From: Octopus vulgaris
Lineage: Eukaryota
Length of the DNA stretch: 64,000 nt
Assembly (NCBI GenBank): GCA_951406725.2
Contig: OX597818.1
Location: forward strand, 39,246,001 to 39,310,000
Reading direction: 5' to 3'
This document shows, piece after piece, positions 1 through 12,364 of this stretch. Under the pieces are notes generated by a model that was not told where the DNA came from, made no database searches, and was given only the letters and a program-made list of their open reading frames with translations. Position 1 is the stretch's first letter. Every line of letters starts with the position of its first letter. The position numbers and the translations under genes are program-made.

Positions 1-593
1 GATATATAACGAAATCTACGGAGAAAAATTTACAAATGATAAAATATAATAATCATATTTTACAAAGTAAAAATTAGAGAGTATATTAACGTAAAAATGA
101 CATGAAAAATATTGTAAAACAAATGTAAAAATATCGTAAAAAATATGTATGTTCAATCTACCATTGTATAACATGGTCATACTATGTGTTAAGTTCAGCT
201 TAACGTCGAAAGGTTCGACGAAAATATCTACATTGTCTGTTAATTACATTCGTAACTGTTAAAATATTAAAATATAGAAATTGTAATTGAATTATAATAA
301 AGTTATCAAGAGTCCTGACGATTGGGGTTGCAGTTAAGACATGTTTCTGTAAAAAAACTGAGTGTCTAGGGAACGTTAAACGCACCTCATGAAACATGTG
401 TAGAAGAGAAATTTAGAACTGATTAATAAGTATTAAAATAAAATTTTATGATATGGCGTGATGTACATTAGGATTTGATTAATTGCATGGGGATTTCTAT
501 CTCTAAATAACATATATTTCCTTATCAGGAATAATTCATTTTATTTGAATCCCTGTGACATCAGAATCTTTTATTCCCTAATAAATAAAATAA

Positions 594-637
<44 letters not shown>

Positions 638-727
638 GGAGTAAACACATAAATGTGAAACAAGGTGGAAAAAAGGAGTACTCAAATACCAGTGGTAGAA
701 TAATATGCTTTTGCTGCTTTAAATAAA

Positions 728-768
<41 letters not shown>

Positions 769-852
769 AGTGAGGGAGTAAGACAGAGAGAGAAGTAATG
801 AACTAAAAATAAGTATATAATAAAATATTCTGTATTTTTATATTTTTTGTAG

Positions 853-1035
853 TTGGATGCTAAAGCTTGTGATAATGGAATCCCTGAAAAATGTACAGCA
901 ATGAGAATCTATATCTATGTACGAAAAAGTACACCTCCCCAGTTCACCACATCTGCATATTACGCTGTTATCAATGATACTTTATCACCACAAGCAACTG
1001 TTCTTTCTGTTACTGCCAGTGATCAAGATTTACAA
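853..1035 (+). CDS. Cadherin-repeat exon A1
   Basis: ttgtag|TTG...CAA|gtaag; LDAKACDNGIPEKCTAMRIYIYVRKSTPPQFTTSAYYAVINDTLSPQATVLSVTASDQDLQ (61 codons). Confidence 0.92.
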
Positions 1036-1092
1036 GTAAGACTCATTTTTGTATATATCTGAATCAAATCTATCTATATCTATCTATCTAAC

Positions 1093-1157
<65 letters not shown>

Positions 1158-1219
1158 GCCTGCCTGCCAGCCTGTCTCTCTGTCTGTATGTATGTCTGCC
1201 TGTCTGTCTGTCTGTCTGT

Positions 1220-1252
<33 letters not shown>

Positions 1253-1292
1253 TGTCTGTCTGTATGTATGTCTGCCTGTCTGTCTGGCTGTC
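1093..1292. repeat. (TCTG)n/(CCTG)n compound microsatellite
   Basis: Directly visible; explains spurious ORFs 1049..1330 and 1080..1394. Confidence 0.97.
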
Positions 1293-1769
1293 TAACTGCC
1301 CATCCTCAGAAACTGAGTGAGAGAGATTAAGCAACCAGCTTGTGGAAGGGAAAGTTCTCCCTTGACCACTTAATGTTAGATAAACTATAGTCAATTTGAG
1401 GACTTATGAATACCCAATGTTTGGTGAAGAAGCTTTCATCCTCTTCGTCAAAAAACGTCATCAACAGCAAATATGACATCATCATTCCTGAAATACCAGT
1501 TCTCACTCAAGTGTTTTTTTTCATGTTGGGGAACAAATGATAATCATATGGGGCCTAATCAGGAGAATAGAGAGTGGGATCAACCAGTTCAAAGCTACCA
1601 AAAGAACTTGTGTGCTGGACCATTATCCTGAGGAAACAAGATCTCTTTCATAAGTTTTCCTTGGCATTTGGTCTTAATAACTTTCCATAACTGTCTCAAC
1701 ATGTTGGCATAGTATTCCCTATTGATGGTGTAACCCTTTTGAAGATAGTCAATAAATGTTATCTCTTTT

Positions 1770-1927
1770 CATCATCATCATCATCATCGTTTAACGTCCG
1801 CTTTCCATGCTAGCATGGGTTGGACGGTTCAACTGGGGTCTGGCAAGCCCGAAGGCTGCACCAGGCCAGTCAGATCTGGCAGTGTTTCTACAGCTGGATG
1901 CCCTTCCTAACGCCAACCACTCCGAGA
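1770..1927 (-). mobile_element. SINE group C (AGGAAGGGCATCC core, (GAT)n tail), 5'-truncated
   Basis: Near-identical to copies at 20695-21085, 24247-24597, 55615-55940 and 58444-58692; core resembles MetaSINE-type domain (recalled). Confidence 0.85.
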
Positions 1928-2517
1928 ATTGAGGCCATCACCTTCCCTGCAGGTGAAACAACCTTGGCCTTCTTTGGAGGTGTTTCCTCCTCATGGATTG
2001 TTTCTTTACCTCTGGCTCAAAGTGATGAAGCCAACACTCACCCTGGGTTCAAGAAAACATTCAAGAAAACCAGCTGGATTTGCTCCACACAATATCATAT
2101 TTTCCTGTGATGTGATTAGCCTAATGCACTTTTGATCAGGTATCAGTAGAAACTTTCATCATGCCAAGTTCATTGTGTAGAACATTCTCAATCTTCTCAG
2201 GAGATATGCTAATGGCATTAGCTGAGTTATAGTCAATCTCCTTTCATCCATCACCATGTGGTAAACAAGGACAATGTTTTCCTTAGTGGTGGCAGTTTCA
2301 GGACATCCAGACTTAGGATCATCTTCAAGGTTCTTCCTTTTCCTACTAAATTCGGCCGCCCAATTTTGCATTGTTGATAAAACTGGAGTATCATCCCCTA
2401 ATGTAGCAACCATATCAGCATGTATGTCCTTGGGGGACAAAACCCTTTTTCTGAAGGTACATGATAAAATTATGAGACCAAATTTTGTCCATTTTCAAGA
2501 GAAGTCACTTCTAGTTA

Positions 2518-2570
2518 CTTTTGAATAGTCAGTGTTCTTTGAATAGTCAGTGTTCTTTGAATAGTCAGAT
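2518..2570. repeat. 18-bp tandem repeat (tttgaatagtcagtgttc) x ~2.7
   Basis: Directly visible in the 5' region of the mariner relic. Confidence 0.9.
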
Positions 2571-2868
2571 GTCAGTTTACCTAGAAAGAAATAAAAGCAA
2601 AACTTAAAAGTATTATTGTACAAAGAGTTGAGACAACGTTTATTGGTTATTCTGAATATATTATTAATGGCATTTGGCATATAATTGGGGATCAATTTGC
2701 TATAAAATGCTTAAATTACAATATATCTAAAATCTTTATGAATTTGGTCTAAAAATGTTGGTCAAAGAACCAAAAACTGATAATCACTTGAGTGAAAGGG
2801 TATAGGATTCCATTTAAACTTGTATTTTTTTAATTCTTACTTTAAAATATTTTTACTTTGTATTTCAG

Positions 2869-2982
2869 CAAACATTAAAATACAAGATAACTTCATCAAC
2901 TGCCAACTTCTTCATCATTGATGAAAATACAGGTGCAATCAAAGTGGCTTCCGATCTCAAAATTGCTCCAAAATCCGTAACA
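2869..2982 (+). CDS. Cadherin-repeat exon B1
   Basis: tttcag|CAA...ACA|gtgtgt (alternative in-frame donor after 2976, gtaaca); QTLKYKITSSTANFFIIDENTGAIKVASDLKIAPKSVT. Confidence 0.85.
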
Positions 2983-3719
2983 GTGTGTATAATTTTTAAT
3001 TTTTGTAGAAACATTTTCACTATAAAGTTAGACCCTCATCATCATCATCATCCTTGAAAAGTATAATAGCAGAGAAAATTTTTATCTAAATTTTTTGTAT
3101 TGCTTTTCTTCTTTACTGACTATTATCTTGTTTCCAAAATAGCCTTTCTCTATTTTAACACATAATACACATTCAATAATTTAGTAACAAAGCACCATGA
3201 ACACTTTAATATATCCTTATGTGGCACAATTCTGAGAATTATCTATAACTGAATTGATAAAGAACAAGTTTACTGACAAGAAAAAGTAAAAAAACTGATA
3301 TTCTGATATTCTGTCATGAATGATGTATTTTATTGTTCCAAAAGAACTTAAATCTTCCTGAAATAATCAATAAACTGCAAAAAATATTGTAAGGAGTGGG
3401 TATACTTTGAAGTTCATTGCTTTACTTGAAGGCACACTCAGTAATCATCATCATTGTATCATATATTTTTGCAGCATGTTTATGACACTACAAAGGTCTT
3501 CTTGATAAAGTACAAGTTCTCCCAAAGGAAGAAGTCATAGAGTTACTTTGTTATGATTCTCAAAATGTTTAATTTTTAGCAAAGATATTGGAGTGGTTTG
3601 CCATTGCCTTCCCCAAGTGAGTGGTCATTGGCTTGCAAGTAGGTCATTCACTCTTCAATGGGTTTTGTTTTTAGTCCTGATGGGTGTCCTGACACCAACT
3701 TTATAAGAGTAGCAGGTTA

Positions 3720-4630
3720 CTCAATGAAGTATTTTTTTTCAATTGCGTGAACTAAAAGATGGAGGGAACGGGATAAACTACCTGCATCAACTTCTATAAA
3801 AGCAGATAGTAATTTTACCGAGTACTTATTCTTAGTGCAAGTTTTGAAGAGTGCAGTTTGATTTTAAAAGTTATTTTTTCAAAGCTATAATGGAAGTGCC
3901 AAAGGAGTATATTTAGCATATTTTGCTTTATGAGTTCAATAAAGCAACAACACAATGAAAAGTGTGAGGAATATTAATGCAATATATGGGGATCAGACAA
4001 TAAGTGTAACCTGTGTCAATGGTGGTTCCAGAAATTCTGAGCCAGAAACTACAACCTAGAAGATGAGCCTCATCCTGGAAGATCTGTAGAGCTTGACGAG
4101 GACATCCTGCAAACCCTGGTGGAACAAAATCTCATCATAACTGTTGAAGAACTAGCAGAGAAGCTTGTGTTTGGTCATTCAACCGTTCATAGACACCTGC
4201 GTGTCATCAGAAAATGTCCATCTTTGGTTTCAAGATGAAAGGTCTTCTTCCATCAGGATAATGATCAGCCACATACAGTGAAGGTGACATTCCAAAGGCT
4301 GGAGTAGTTTGAATGGGAAGTAGTGCCCCACCCATCATATTTGCTGGACATTACCCCATCTGATTATCATTTATTCTGCAGTCTTCAAAATCATCTGCAC
4401 GTAATAAATATGAATTCTGTAGATGAGGTCAGAACAGTACTGGAGGAGTATTTTTTGTCACAGACAAGTGAATTTTGAAAGAGGGGCCTTGCAAGTCTAA
4501 ATAGATGGTAGAGCATTGTAGAAAATGAAGGGGAGTATATTTTAGATTAAAAAAGAACTTTGATTATCTTAATTTGGAAAAATGAAAGAAGTATAAAAAA
4601 TCTGCATTGTTTTTGAGATGATCCAATACA
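3720..4630 (+). mobile_element. Decayed, internally deleted mariner transposon
   Basis: From ATG 3890: MEVPKEYI*HILLYEFNK..WFQKF..NLEDEPHPGR; later HQDNDQPHT..FEWEVVPHPSYLLDITPSDYHLFCSLQNH; left end approximate. Confidence 0.85.
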
Positions 4631-4690
4631 TCGCTTTCCAATTCATATTTATGTTATATTTTGATTATTTTTATCAATTTTCTCTTCTAG

Positions 4691-4873
4691 ATAAATGTAG
4701 AAGCTTATGACAGCCAAGAACCTTCAGTAGTAGGCGAAACAACTGTTTACATTACTATACAGAAGAATCCTAATGGACCTTATTTCTTGGCTAATAGTTA
4801 TACTGTTACCATATTAAGCCACAGCCCTGTGGGTTCAATGGTAGTTAATACAACAGCCATTGACAATGATGGG
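4691..4873 (+). CDS. Cadherin-repeat exon A2
   Basis: ttctag|ATA...GGG|gtaagc; INVEAYDSQEPSVVGETTVYITIQKNPNGPYFLANSYTVTILSHSPVGSMVVNTTAIDNDG. Confidence 0.92.
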
Positions 4874-5009
4874 GTAAGCATAAATTTTATATTCTCTGGC
4901 ATAAAACTCAATATTGATATGAAAATTGCACATTTACAAAGAAAAACTGATTTACACATCTATGCACCCATCATGCATTTATAAATACACACTAACATAT
5001 GCATATATA

Positions 5010-5049
<40 letters not shown>

Positions 5050-5051
5050 GA

Positions 5052-5365
5052 TGTGTAGCTTTGTGATTAGAGTAATCAGCTCACGATTGTATGGTCATCA
5101 GTTTGATTCCTGGTGGCACGTTATGTCCTTGAGCAAGACGTTTTACTTCCCATTGCCTCGGTTCACTCAGCTGGCAAAAACATGTACCTGTAGTTCAAAG
5201 GGCCAGTCTTGTCACACTCTGTGTCACACTGAATTTCCCTGGGAACTACATTAAGGGTATACATGTCTGTGGAGTGCTCAGCCACTTGTGCTTTAAATTC
5301 ATGAGCAGGCTGTTCCATTGACCAGATTAACTGGAACCCTCTTCCTCATAACTGATGGAATGCCA
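5052..5365 (+). mobile_element. tRNA-derived SINE (group D tail), degraded
   Basis: tRNA-like head plus ccttgagcaag core; 3' part matches 50385-50570. Confidence 0.75.
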
Positions 5366-6939
5366 GTTTATATATGTATATATATATGCATGTATATGTA
5401 TATATTTATGTATATATAAACTGGCTAAAATTTGTATTTGCAGCACATTTTTCGAATACAGAAAAAATGCAAAGATTTCAAAGTTGTCTCATGATTTCAT
5501 TCTAAACTCTTCATCAGTTTCAGTGGTAAGAATAAGACACCATCATTCATATAATTACTGAATTAGTACATAAGAAGTACATAAATAATTTAAATGTGAT
5601 GGATAAACCATTTCATAGGGAATAAAACTGAACTATGAAGCTCAAATGAATGTTGCTATTTTTAAAATATTCAACACAGAAGTGGTGTTTTGATTTTCAT
5701 GTATCAATTTTACCTCCTAAAGACACATTTTATCCATTAAATTTTAATTAATTAATAAAATATTTTTCTATATATTATTTAAGTAAATATATAATGCTGA
5801 CAATGTTATGACTTTGCTTTTGATATAGCTGCAGAATTTAGAATGAAGTTATGAAACGTCTATGAATTCTTTGCTTTTTCACTTTTCTAAATATATACGG
5901 GTATGTGTGTGTGTGTGTGCGCGCGCGCGCGTGTGTATGTACATGCATGTGTGCATGTGTATGAGAGAGAAAGAGATAGTGAAAGCATGTAGGTTTGGAA
6001 TTAAGGTGTTCGGCTCACAACTTAATGTGTTCTGTCGTGGGTTCAATTCTTAGATCAAGCATATAATGTCTTCTGGAGTAAGGCATTTTATTTGATGTAG
6101 TTCCAGTCTTACTCAGCTGAGAATAAGTATCATCCTAGTGCTGGTGTGACCCTCTCCCTCCAGTTGCATTCTGGATGTTCTGCTGTGTCGAGAGTAGCAG
6201 CACCGAGTGTCCATATCTGCTTATGACTACTTAAGCACCTAAAACAATTTAAGAAAGCATGGTATATATTACTACGCTATGTATGCCACAAATAATATTT
6301 TATCATCACTGTCATAGTTTAATGTATACATTTCCATGTTTTCAAGGATCAGATAGGATTCAATCAGACAGATCTTCTGTAGTTGGATGCTCTTCCTGGT
6401 GCTAACACTCACTTGTTTCCAAGCAAAGTAATATTTTCTCCAAGATCTGCCATTTTCCATGAGAGATTGCTAACAAACTACATCATTTGCATAACGGTGA
6501 TGCTTGCTTACAAGAAGGCACAACACATGCTAACATATACATGAACACATATGCATATACATACACACATCTACATAACATGCTTTTTATTTTTGCAGTT
6601 TCTGCCAACTAAATTCATTCACAAGGATTTAGCCAGCCCAAAGTTCTAGTCGAAATATTAGTCTTAAATGCTTCACTGTGGAATTGAGCTTGAAATCACA
6701 TAGCTGCAATGTAAACCTTTTTAAACACACACCTATAACATATGTGCATGCATGTGTGTATGTAAGATGAGTCTCGCTAACCTCTACAGTGCTTAGGTGA
6801 TTGAGAGTGAATGAGTAAGAAAGAGAAGTTAGGAGAGAAACAGAAAAATGCTATGTTCAATGTAGATTTTAAATTGTCAAGATAACTTGAAGATTTTGAG
6901 AATACATAATTACAATGCTTTTATTTTCTTGTTTTATAG

Positions 6940-7068
6940 GACGTATTGACTTATTATCTGGGAAACAACCTAGGATCTGATGATGCTAAATACGTTTATG
7001 TTCTCCCAAATAATGGAATGATATACTTGAGAGAATCTCTGAAATCTCAGGCAACAAATACATTAAGA
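6940..7068 (+). CDS. Cadherin-repeat exon B2
   Basis: ttatag|GAC...AGA|gtaagt; DVLTYYLGNNLGSDDAKYVYVLPNNGMIYLRESLKSQATNTLR. Confidence 0.92.
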
Positions 7069-7233
7069 GTAAGTTTCTTTTATAAATATATTTTGCAACT
7101 GGTTAAGCTCTCTCTCTCTCGGCTGCTGTCACATCTTCAATGTTCCACTAGGTCAAGAGTGTAGTAGCTGCTACCAATTCATAGTTGCTTGAGATTGTTG
7201 ACTATGTCTTGTAATTTATGTTTGAATATTTAA

Positions 7234-7454
7234 TCCTTTAGCATTCAGATTATACTGTTAAACGTAATGCTTATTTATTCCCATTGTTTCAAATTAATCA
7301 TGCATTATCTCCAAGCTTCGAAATTTCAATGATTTGATTTCTTATTTTCAGAATGATATTGTAGAGTAAGGTGTAAGAGTTAAGATCTGACTACTTTCAG
7401 CATAAAAAATTTACAATATCTGCACCTAATATGGCAAGTTTAAATGCTAAAGGG
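7234..7454. mobile_element. piggyBac-type MITE
   Basis: TTAA|tcctttagcatt ... aatgctaaaggg|TTAA; related partial copies near 22800-22863 and 45305-45495. Confidence 0.75.
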
Positions 7455-7523
7455 TTAAGGGAAAGTAATTGAATTCTTTCTTTTTTTTAATTATATTAAT
7501 AAATGAAATTTTCTTTTCTTTAG

Positions 7524-7706
7524 TTTCTTGTCTATGCATCCGACAGCAATTTTTTCACTCCACGAACTGCTTCAGCTGGAGTAAACATTATTGTTCAGCA
7601 AACACAACCACCTGTATTTCAAACCTTTGATTGTAATATTCAAGTGCCAGCAAACAGATCACTTGGAAGTCTGTTTCAAGTGACTGCCACCAGCTCTTCT
7701 GGCCTG
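7524..7706 (+). CDS. Cadherin-repeat exon A3
   Basis: ctttag|TTT...CTG|gtaagt; FLVYASDSNFFTPRTASAGVNIIVQQTQPPVFQTFDCNIQVPANRSLGSLFQVTATSSSGL. Confidence 0.9.
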
Positions 7707-7832
7707 GTAAGTATCATTTTCTATTTATTTCCAATAACCCTGCAAATATTGTGTTAAAACACTCTTCAACATATTTAAGTTCATGAAACTGGTAGAGCAC
7801 TGGGCTAATTACTTTCTTGGATTTAGCTTTCT

Positions 7833-8062
7833 TATTTCTTTATTGCCCATGAGAGGCTAAACATGGAGGGGACAAACAAGGACAGACAAAGGTATTAAGT
7901 CCATTACATTGACCCCAGTGTGTAACTGGTACTTAATTTATCGACCCCGAAAGGATGAAAGGCAAAGTCGACCTTGGCAGAATTTGAACTGAGAACATAA
8001 CGGCAGATGAAATATCGCTAAGCATTTCGCTTGGCATGCTAACGTTTCTGCCAGCTCGCCAC
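7833..8062 (-). mobile_element. SINE group B (gtcgactttgcctttcatcc core), full length
   Basis: 17-bp TSD cttggatttagctttct at 7816-7832 and 8063-8079; reverse complement of copies at 19643, 21675, 25925 and 44086. Confidence 0.92.
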
Positions 8063-9485
8063 CTTGGATTTAGCTTTCTGCCTCATTATTTTCATTTCAA
8101 ATCGCAAGTTGTTCATCCACTTTAATCCGCATCAGGGGAAGGAAAAAATTAGTCATTAAAATAGTAGTTGTTAATGTAATTGTTTAGCATCAAATCAGCC
8201 GAATAAAGCAGATCTAAGATCCATGATATTCCAATTGTGATCATTCCATCTTTTCATACATAGTTATTCTCAGATTATATTATCCATTTTTACTTCCTTA
8301 TTTTTGTTTGTTTGTTTTTTATGCTGATAGGATGTAAGAATTTGGCTGCTATTTCTAAGAAGTTGAGTGATTACATAGTGGATCTCACATTGATTAAATA
8401 CAACCCCAATAAACAGTTAAAATTCCATTTAATATATAAATTTACAGAAGACAACAGATCAGTTTATGCTCCATTAACAATCCTGTAAAACAGGATGAGT
8501 TTTTGCAATGACCTTAGCAACTCACAAAGCACCCTAACTATAAAAACACCCTAATCACCCTAAATTATAATTTAACCATCCTTATCAACATACACTGTAA
8601 TAAAATAGCTAAAAAAAATATCAAAAAAAGTTATGATTCCCTGCCACTGTTAAAATGATATCTCATTCAATGCTATGCAAATAAAAAAAAGCCTTCCTTT
8701 TAATGTTGTCCAACATTGTTTAAAGTTGTCTTGTGCCAGATCAATTCTGATTGTGCAGATCTTTCACTCATTCATTCATTCATTCATTTATTTTTGACAA
8801 TATTGACTTTGGGATGTTAGGGACTTGAAATATTAGCTTTAATAGTAATATATAGATTATTCCCAACACAGTAGATAAGAATGAGATGAGGATTAAATTT
8901 GCAATTTAAGTAAATTTGAAATTTGTCTCAGAGGAAAACACAAACTCATTATTGTGTATATACCTTCATCATTGGATTTGTCCTCTTTTAATGTCACATT
9001 TTTGTTTACAAGACTATAGTGTTTAATATTGCTGAAATAAACAAAAATATTTTTGTTGAAGGAAAAACACAATTTTATAGCAAAGTGGATGCATTGAATT
9101 ATGGCACCAATAAAATTAGATGGAAAAGAAAGAAATTAGAGAAATAATACATTTCTAAATATCTCAGAGAGATTTATGCAGTAGTGGTACGATAAAGTAG
9201 TTGTATACTGTCAACTTAATGTGACAGTCCCATGAAGGAAATCATACTATTGCTATTTAGCCCTAGGAAGCAGCAACGCTTCCTGTCAGTCTTGACACAT
9301 TTCCCTTCATGGGACTATCACATTAAGTTGACAGTATACAACTACTTTATCGTATCACTACTGCATAAATCTCTTTGAGATATTTAGAAATGTATCATTT
9401 CTATTTTTGTAATCAGTGAATTTATTTCACTAGAATTCTTATATGTTTACAAGAGCTAGATAGGCATCTTCAACTAGCAGGCCAT

Positions 9486-9601
9486 TATTAATATTTCATT
9501 TCATATCATCCTTTCTGTATTTTTGTTATATGCACCCCATGTCCTGTATTGTATTGTTATGTCCCCTCTTCATTCGGGCCATTGTGCCTATAATAAAGAT
9601 A
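9486..9601 (+). mobile_element. Short retroposed insert (probable 5'-truncated LINE 3' end)
   Basis: 17-bp TSD ttcaactagcaggccat at 9469-9485 and 9602-9618; aataaa near the 3' end. Confidence 0.7.
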
Positions 9602-9623
9602 TTCAACTAGCAGGCCATGCTAC

Positions 9624-9666
9624 TCCAGACTGATGATGAGCAAAGACTCAGAAACTAGTCTCTGGA
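9624..9666 (+). ncRNA. Minimal type-I hammerhead ribozyme
   Basis: UCCAGA-CUGAUGA-UGAG(caaaga)CUCA-GAAAC-UA-GUC^-UCUGGA: 6-bp stem I, 4-bp stem II, palindromic ACUAGU stem III, all core nucleotides present; activity untested. Confidence 0.75.
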
Positions 9667-9965
9667 TGCAGGCTTAGCTGGGTGGAGGTGCTTATCTCCC
9701 CCTTGTAAACATAAAGACACAGGAAATGTGTCAAGGCCGACAAGAAGCATTACTGCTTCCTAGGGCTAAATAGCAGTAGTATGATTCCCTTCTTGGGACT
9801 GTCACATTAAGTTGACAGTATACAACTACTTTAAAGAAATTATATATAATTCATTATTGTTGTTGTCTCTATAATAAACATTTTATTAATTTCCTGCAAA
9901 TTTAAATTTGGACTGATATTTTATTTCTGTACTAATTGATTTTTTTAAATCTTGCTTCTTCCCAG

Positions 9966-10091
9966 GGAAATATGCAGTACACTATCAATGGCATCTACCC
10001 TGCAAGGGAATTTTTCTCAATAGACAGCGATGGAAAGGTCCGCCTTATTCACTCTTTCACAAATGACACCATCAGCCGAACATCATACACT
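9966..10091 (+). CDS. Cadherin-repeat exon B3
   Basis: tcccag|GGA...ACT|gtaagt; GNMQYTINGIYPAREFFSIDSDGKVRLIHSFTNDTISRTSYT. Confidence 0.92.
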
Positions 10092-10300
10092 GTAAGTTTG
10101 ATATATATGTAATGTTTTAAAATTTTCTTTTGCCAAAAATTATATGACTGCAATAAGGAGCAAAGTTAAAAATAATTATCATTTTAATATCTTTTTTGCT
10201 CCTGCACTCACAATCTTAATGGTTTTGTAGTAATGTGATGTTATTCTATGTATCTTTTATTCTACTGATCATATATGAGTAGTGTAACCTTATATATATA

Positions 10301-10690
10301 GGCGCAGGAGTGGCTGTGTGGTAAGTAGCTTGTTTACCAACTACATGGTGCCGGGTTCAGTCCCACTGCGTGGCACCTTGGGCAAGTGTCTTCTACTATA
10401 GCCTCGGGCCAACCAAAGCTTTGTGAGTGGATTTGGTTGAAGGAAACTGAAAAGAAGCCCGTCGTATATATGTATATATATATATATATATGCTTGTGTG
10501 TGTTTGTTCCCCCTAGCATTGCTTGACAACTGATGCTGGTGTGCTTATGACCCTGTTACTTAGCAAAAGAGACCGATAGAATGAGTACTGGGCTTACAAA
10601 AAGAATAAGTCCTAGGATCGAGTTGCTCGATTAAAGGCGGTGCTCCAGCATGGCCACAGTCAAATGACTGAAACAAGTAAAAGAGTAAAG
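10301..10690 (+). mobile_element. tRNA-derived SINE group A, full length
   Basis: A/B-box-like head (tggctgtgtggtaag..gggttcagtccc), ccttgggcaagt core, internal (TA)/(TG) tract, tail ggtgctccagcatggccacagtcaaatgactgaaacaagtaaaagag; more than 10 copies in window. Confidence 0.92.
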
Positions 10691-11308
10691 AGAATAAGAG
10701 TAAGGAGTAATATATATATGTATGTATATGTATATATATATACACATACATATATATGCATACATATATATGTATACATGTATATATATGTATATATATA
10801 TATATACATGTATATATATATATACATATATATACATGTATACATATATATTTATTTATATATACCATGTGACGTATACACTCAGTTGCTAGTACTTCAT
10901 CCAGCATTTGTCATTTACTCACATTATGGGTTCATATCAATTCAGACACTTGTCTTTAATAAATCACTGTCCATGAATTAAATATGTACACTTGGAGCAG
11001 CCTTAGTTTAAAATACCTGTGTGTATACACATTTATAGTGTGTATAAAAACATGAAGCAGTACTAGTAGCAATAACTTGTCTCAGAGAATCTTCTCAAGG
11101 TGATTTTTGTGTGAAAAATACAGGGCTTCATTCCAAGTGGTAGTGGGTCACCAGACACAATGTTTCAAAATTATTTCGTCTTCTCAGTGACAATTACTCC
11201 AGAAAGGAGTTAGTAGAAGACACTTTCCCAAAGTGCTGTGCAGTGGGACTGAACCCCAAAACTTGTGGTTGGGAAGAAAACTTCTGAACCATTCAGTATG
11301 CCTGCACC

Positions 11309-11348
<40 letters not shown>

Positions 11349-11510
11349 TGTATATATGTATTATATATATATATATATATATAAGATGATATATATGTTT
11401 GGCATCATATTCTAACACTAATTTATATTAAATAACTTGTTAATCTTTATATTTCAGGTATAAAAGCATTAATGTTTTTTGACTTTTTTGTGGATATTTC
11501 TTTTCTTCAG

Positions 11511-11696
11511 ATTCAAATATTTGCATTTAATACACTTTCACCTGAAGTTCAAGCCAAGAAAACTTGTTTGGTAACTGTGAATCGAAGTACAGCAGGTCCG
11601 ACATTTACCCCTTCAGCAGCCATGACTGTTTCCGTGTCTGAAAACAGAAATGTTGGGTACAACTTCTTCATTGTTAAAGCAGTTGGGGAAACTGGA
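11511..11696 (+). CDS. Cadherin-repeat exon A4
   Basis: cttcag|ATT...GGA|gtaagt; IQIFAFNTLSPEVQAKKTCLVTVNRSTAGPTFTPSAAMTVSVSENRNVGYNFFIVKAVGETG. Confidence 0.92.
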
Positions 11697-12364
11697 GTAA
11701 GTATTTCCATTCATATTATTATTATTATAAAGTGGTCTAGATTAAAAACTACCATAAAAATTTCATGTTAATTTATGCATAAACAGCATAAAAATGACCA
11801 TGTTATTTTGTTAAATTCTTTATCATCTTCAAAATAAATTGAAACAAATGCAATGTATTTCAACAAAAATGTGATAATGAAACGGTTAAAGATGGCAAGA
11901 ATATAATCAAATGTCCTGTCAAGTAATTCCAGTGCTCTCACAAGAGTCATTTTCCCAATATTTGTTTCTGGTTTATGGATAAAATATAGTTTTCTGAATG
12001 TGTTCCTTAGATCCAAGTGAACCCTGATCAAAGACATTCCAGTGGGGATCATTTCTTCTCATTTGGAAAATAGTGTATCTAAAACAACACTGTTTCCTCT
12101 TTAAGACAATGTGATATGTTGGGGATTTAGCTGTTGTTTCTTGCAGACTGAGTGATGATGTAAGAACAGTATTTTTCATGAGGTGGAGCTGAGAGGAGGT
12201 ACACTGAAGGATTGAGAAGAGGTAGAAATTTTTATAATTAACAAATTTTTAGATTTGTCCAACACAATGACAAAGAATGAAGAATTATATGAATGCAGCT
12301 TCCATTTCAATTTCTCAATAATAGAAGGGATTTTAGTGTGGTGACTTGTACTAACACTTCTGAC

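Larger units (their letters stand above)
1385..2660 (-). mobile_element. Decayed mariner transposon, interrupted by a SINE
   Basis: Minus strand gives an HTH region (KDIHADMVATLGD..WAAEF..LEDDPKSGCP) and C-terminal QDNGPAH and YSPD*APYDYHLFPNMKK (mariner YSPDLAPxD motif); stops and frameshifts; ends approximate. Confidence 0.85.
9140..9833 (+). mobile_element. Hammerhead-bearing retrozyme/Penelope-like insertion with inverted segment
   Basis: 9301-9349 is directly repeated at 9785-9833; 9140-9304 is the reverse complement of (9722-9833 followed by 9350-9402); hammerhead at 9624-9666. Confidence 0.7.

Noticed and set aside
1049-1394. ORFs with VCLS/TDRQ repeats, and the many [12 protein letters not shown] ORFs elsewhere
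   Set aside because: Translations of microsatellites; no splice or coding signal
5455-5525. Minus-strand CUGAUGA...GAAA (similar weak cases near 11145-11190 and 40930-40990)
   Set aside because: Stems I and III are weak or the cleavage triplet is absent; not distinguishable from chance in AT-rich DNA
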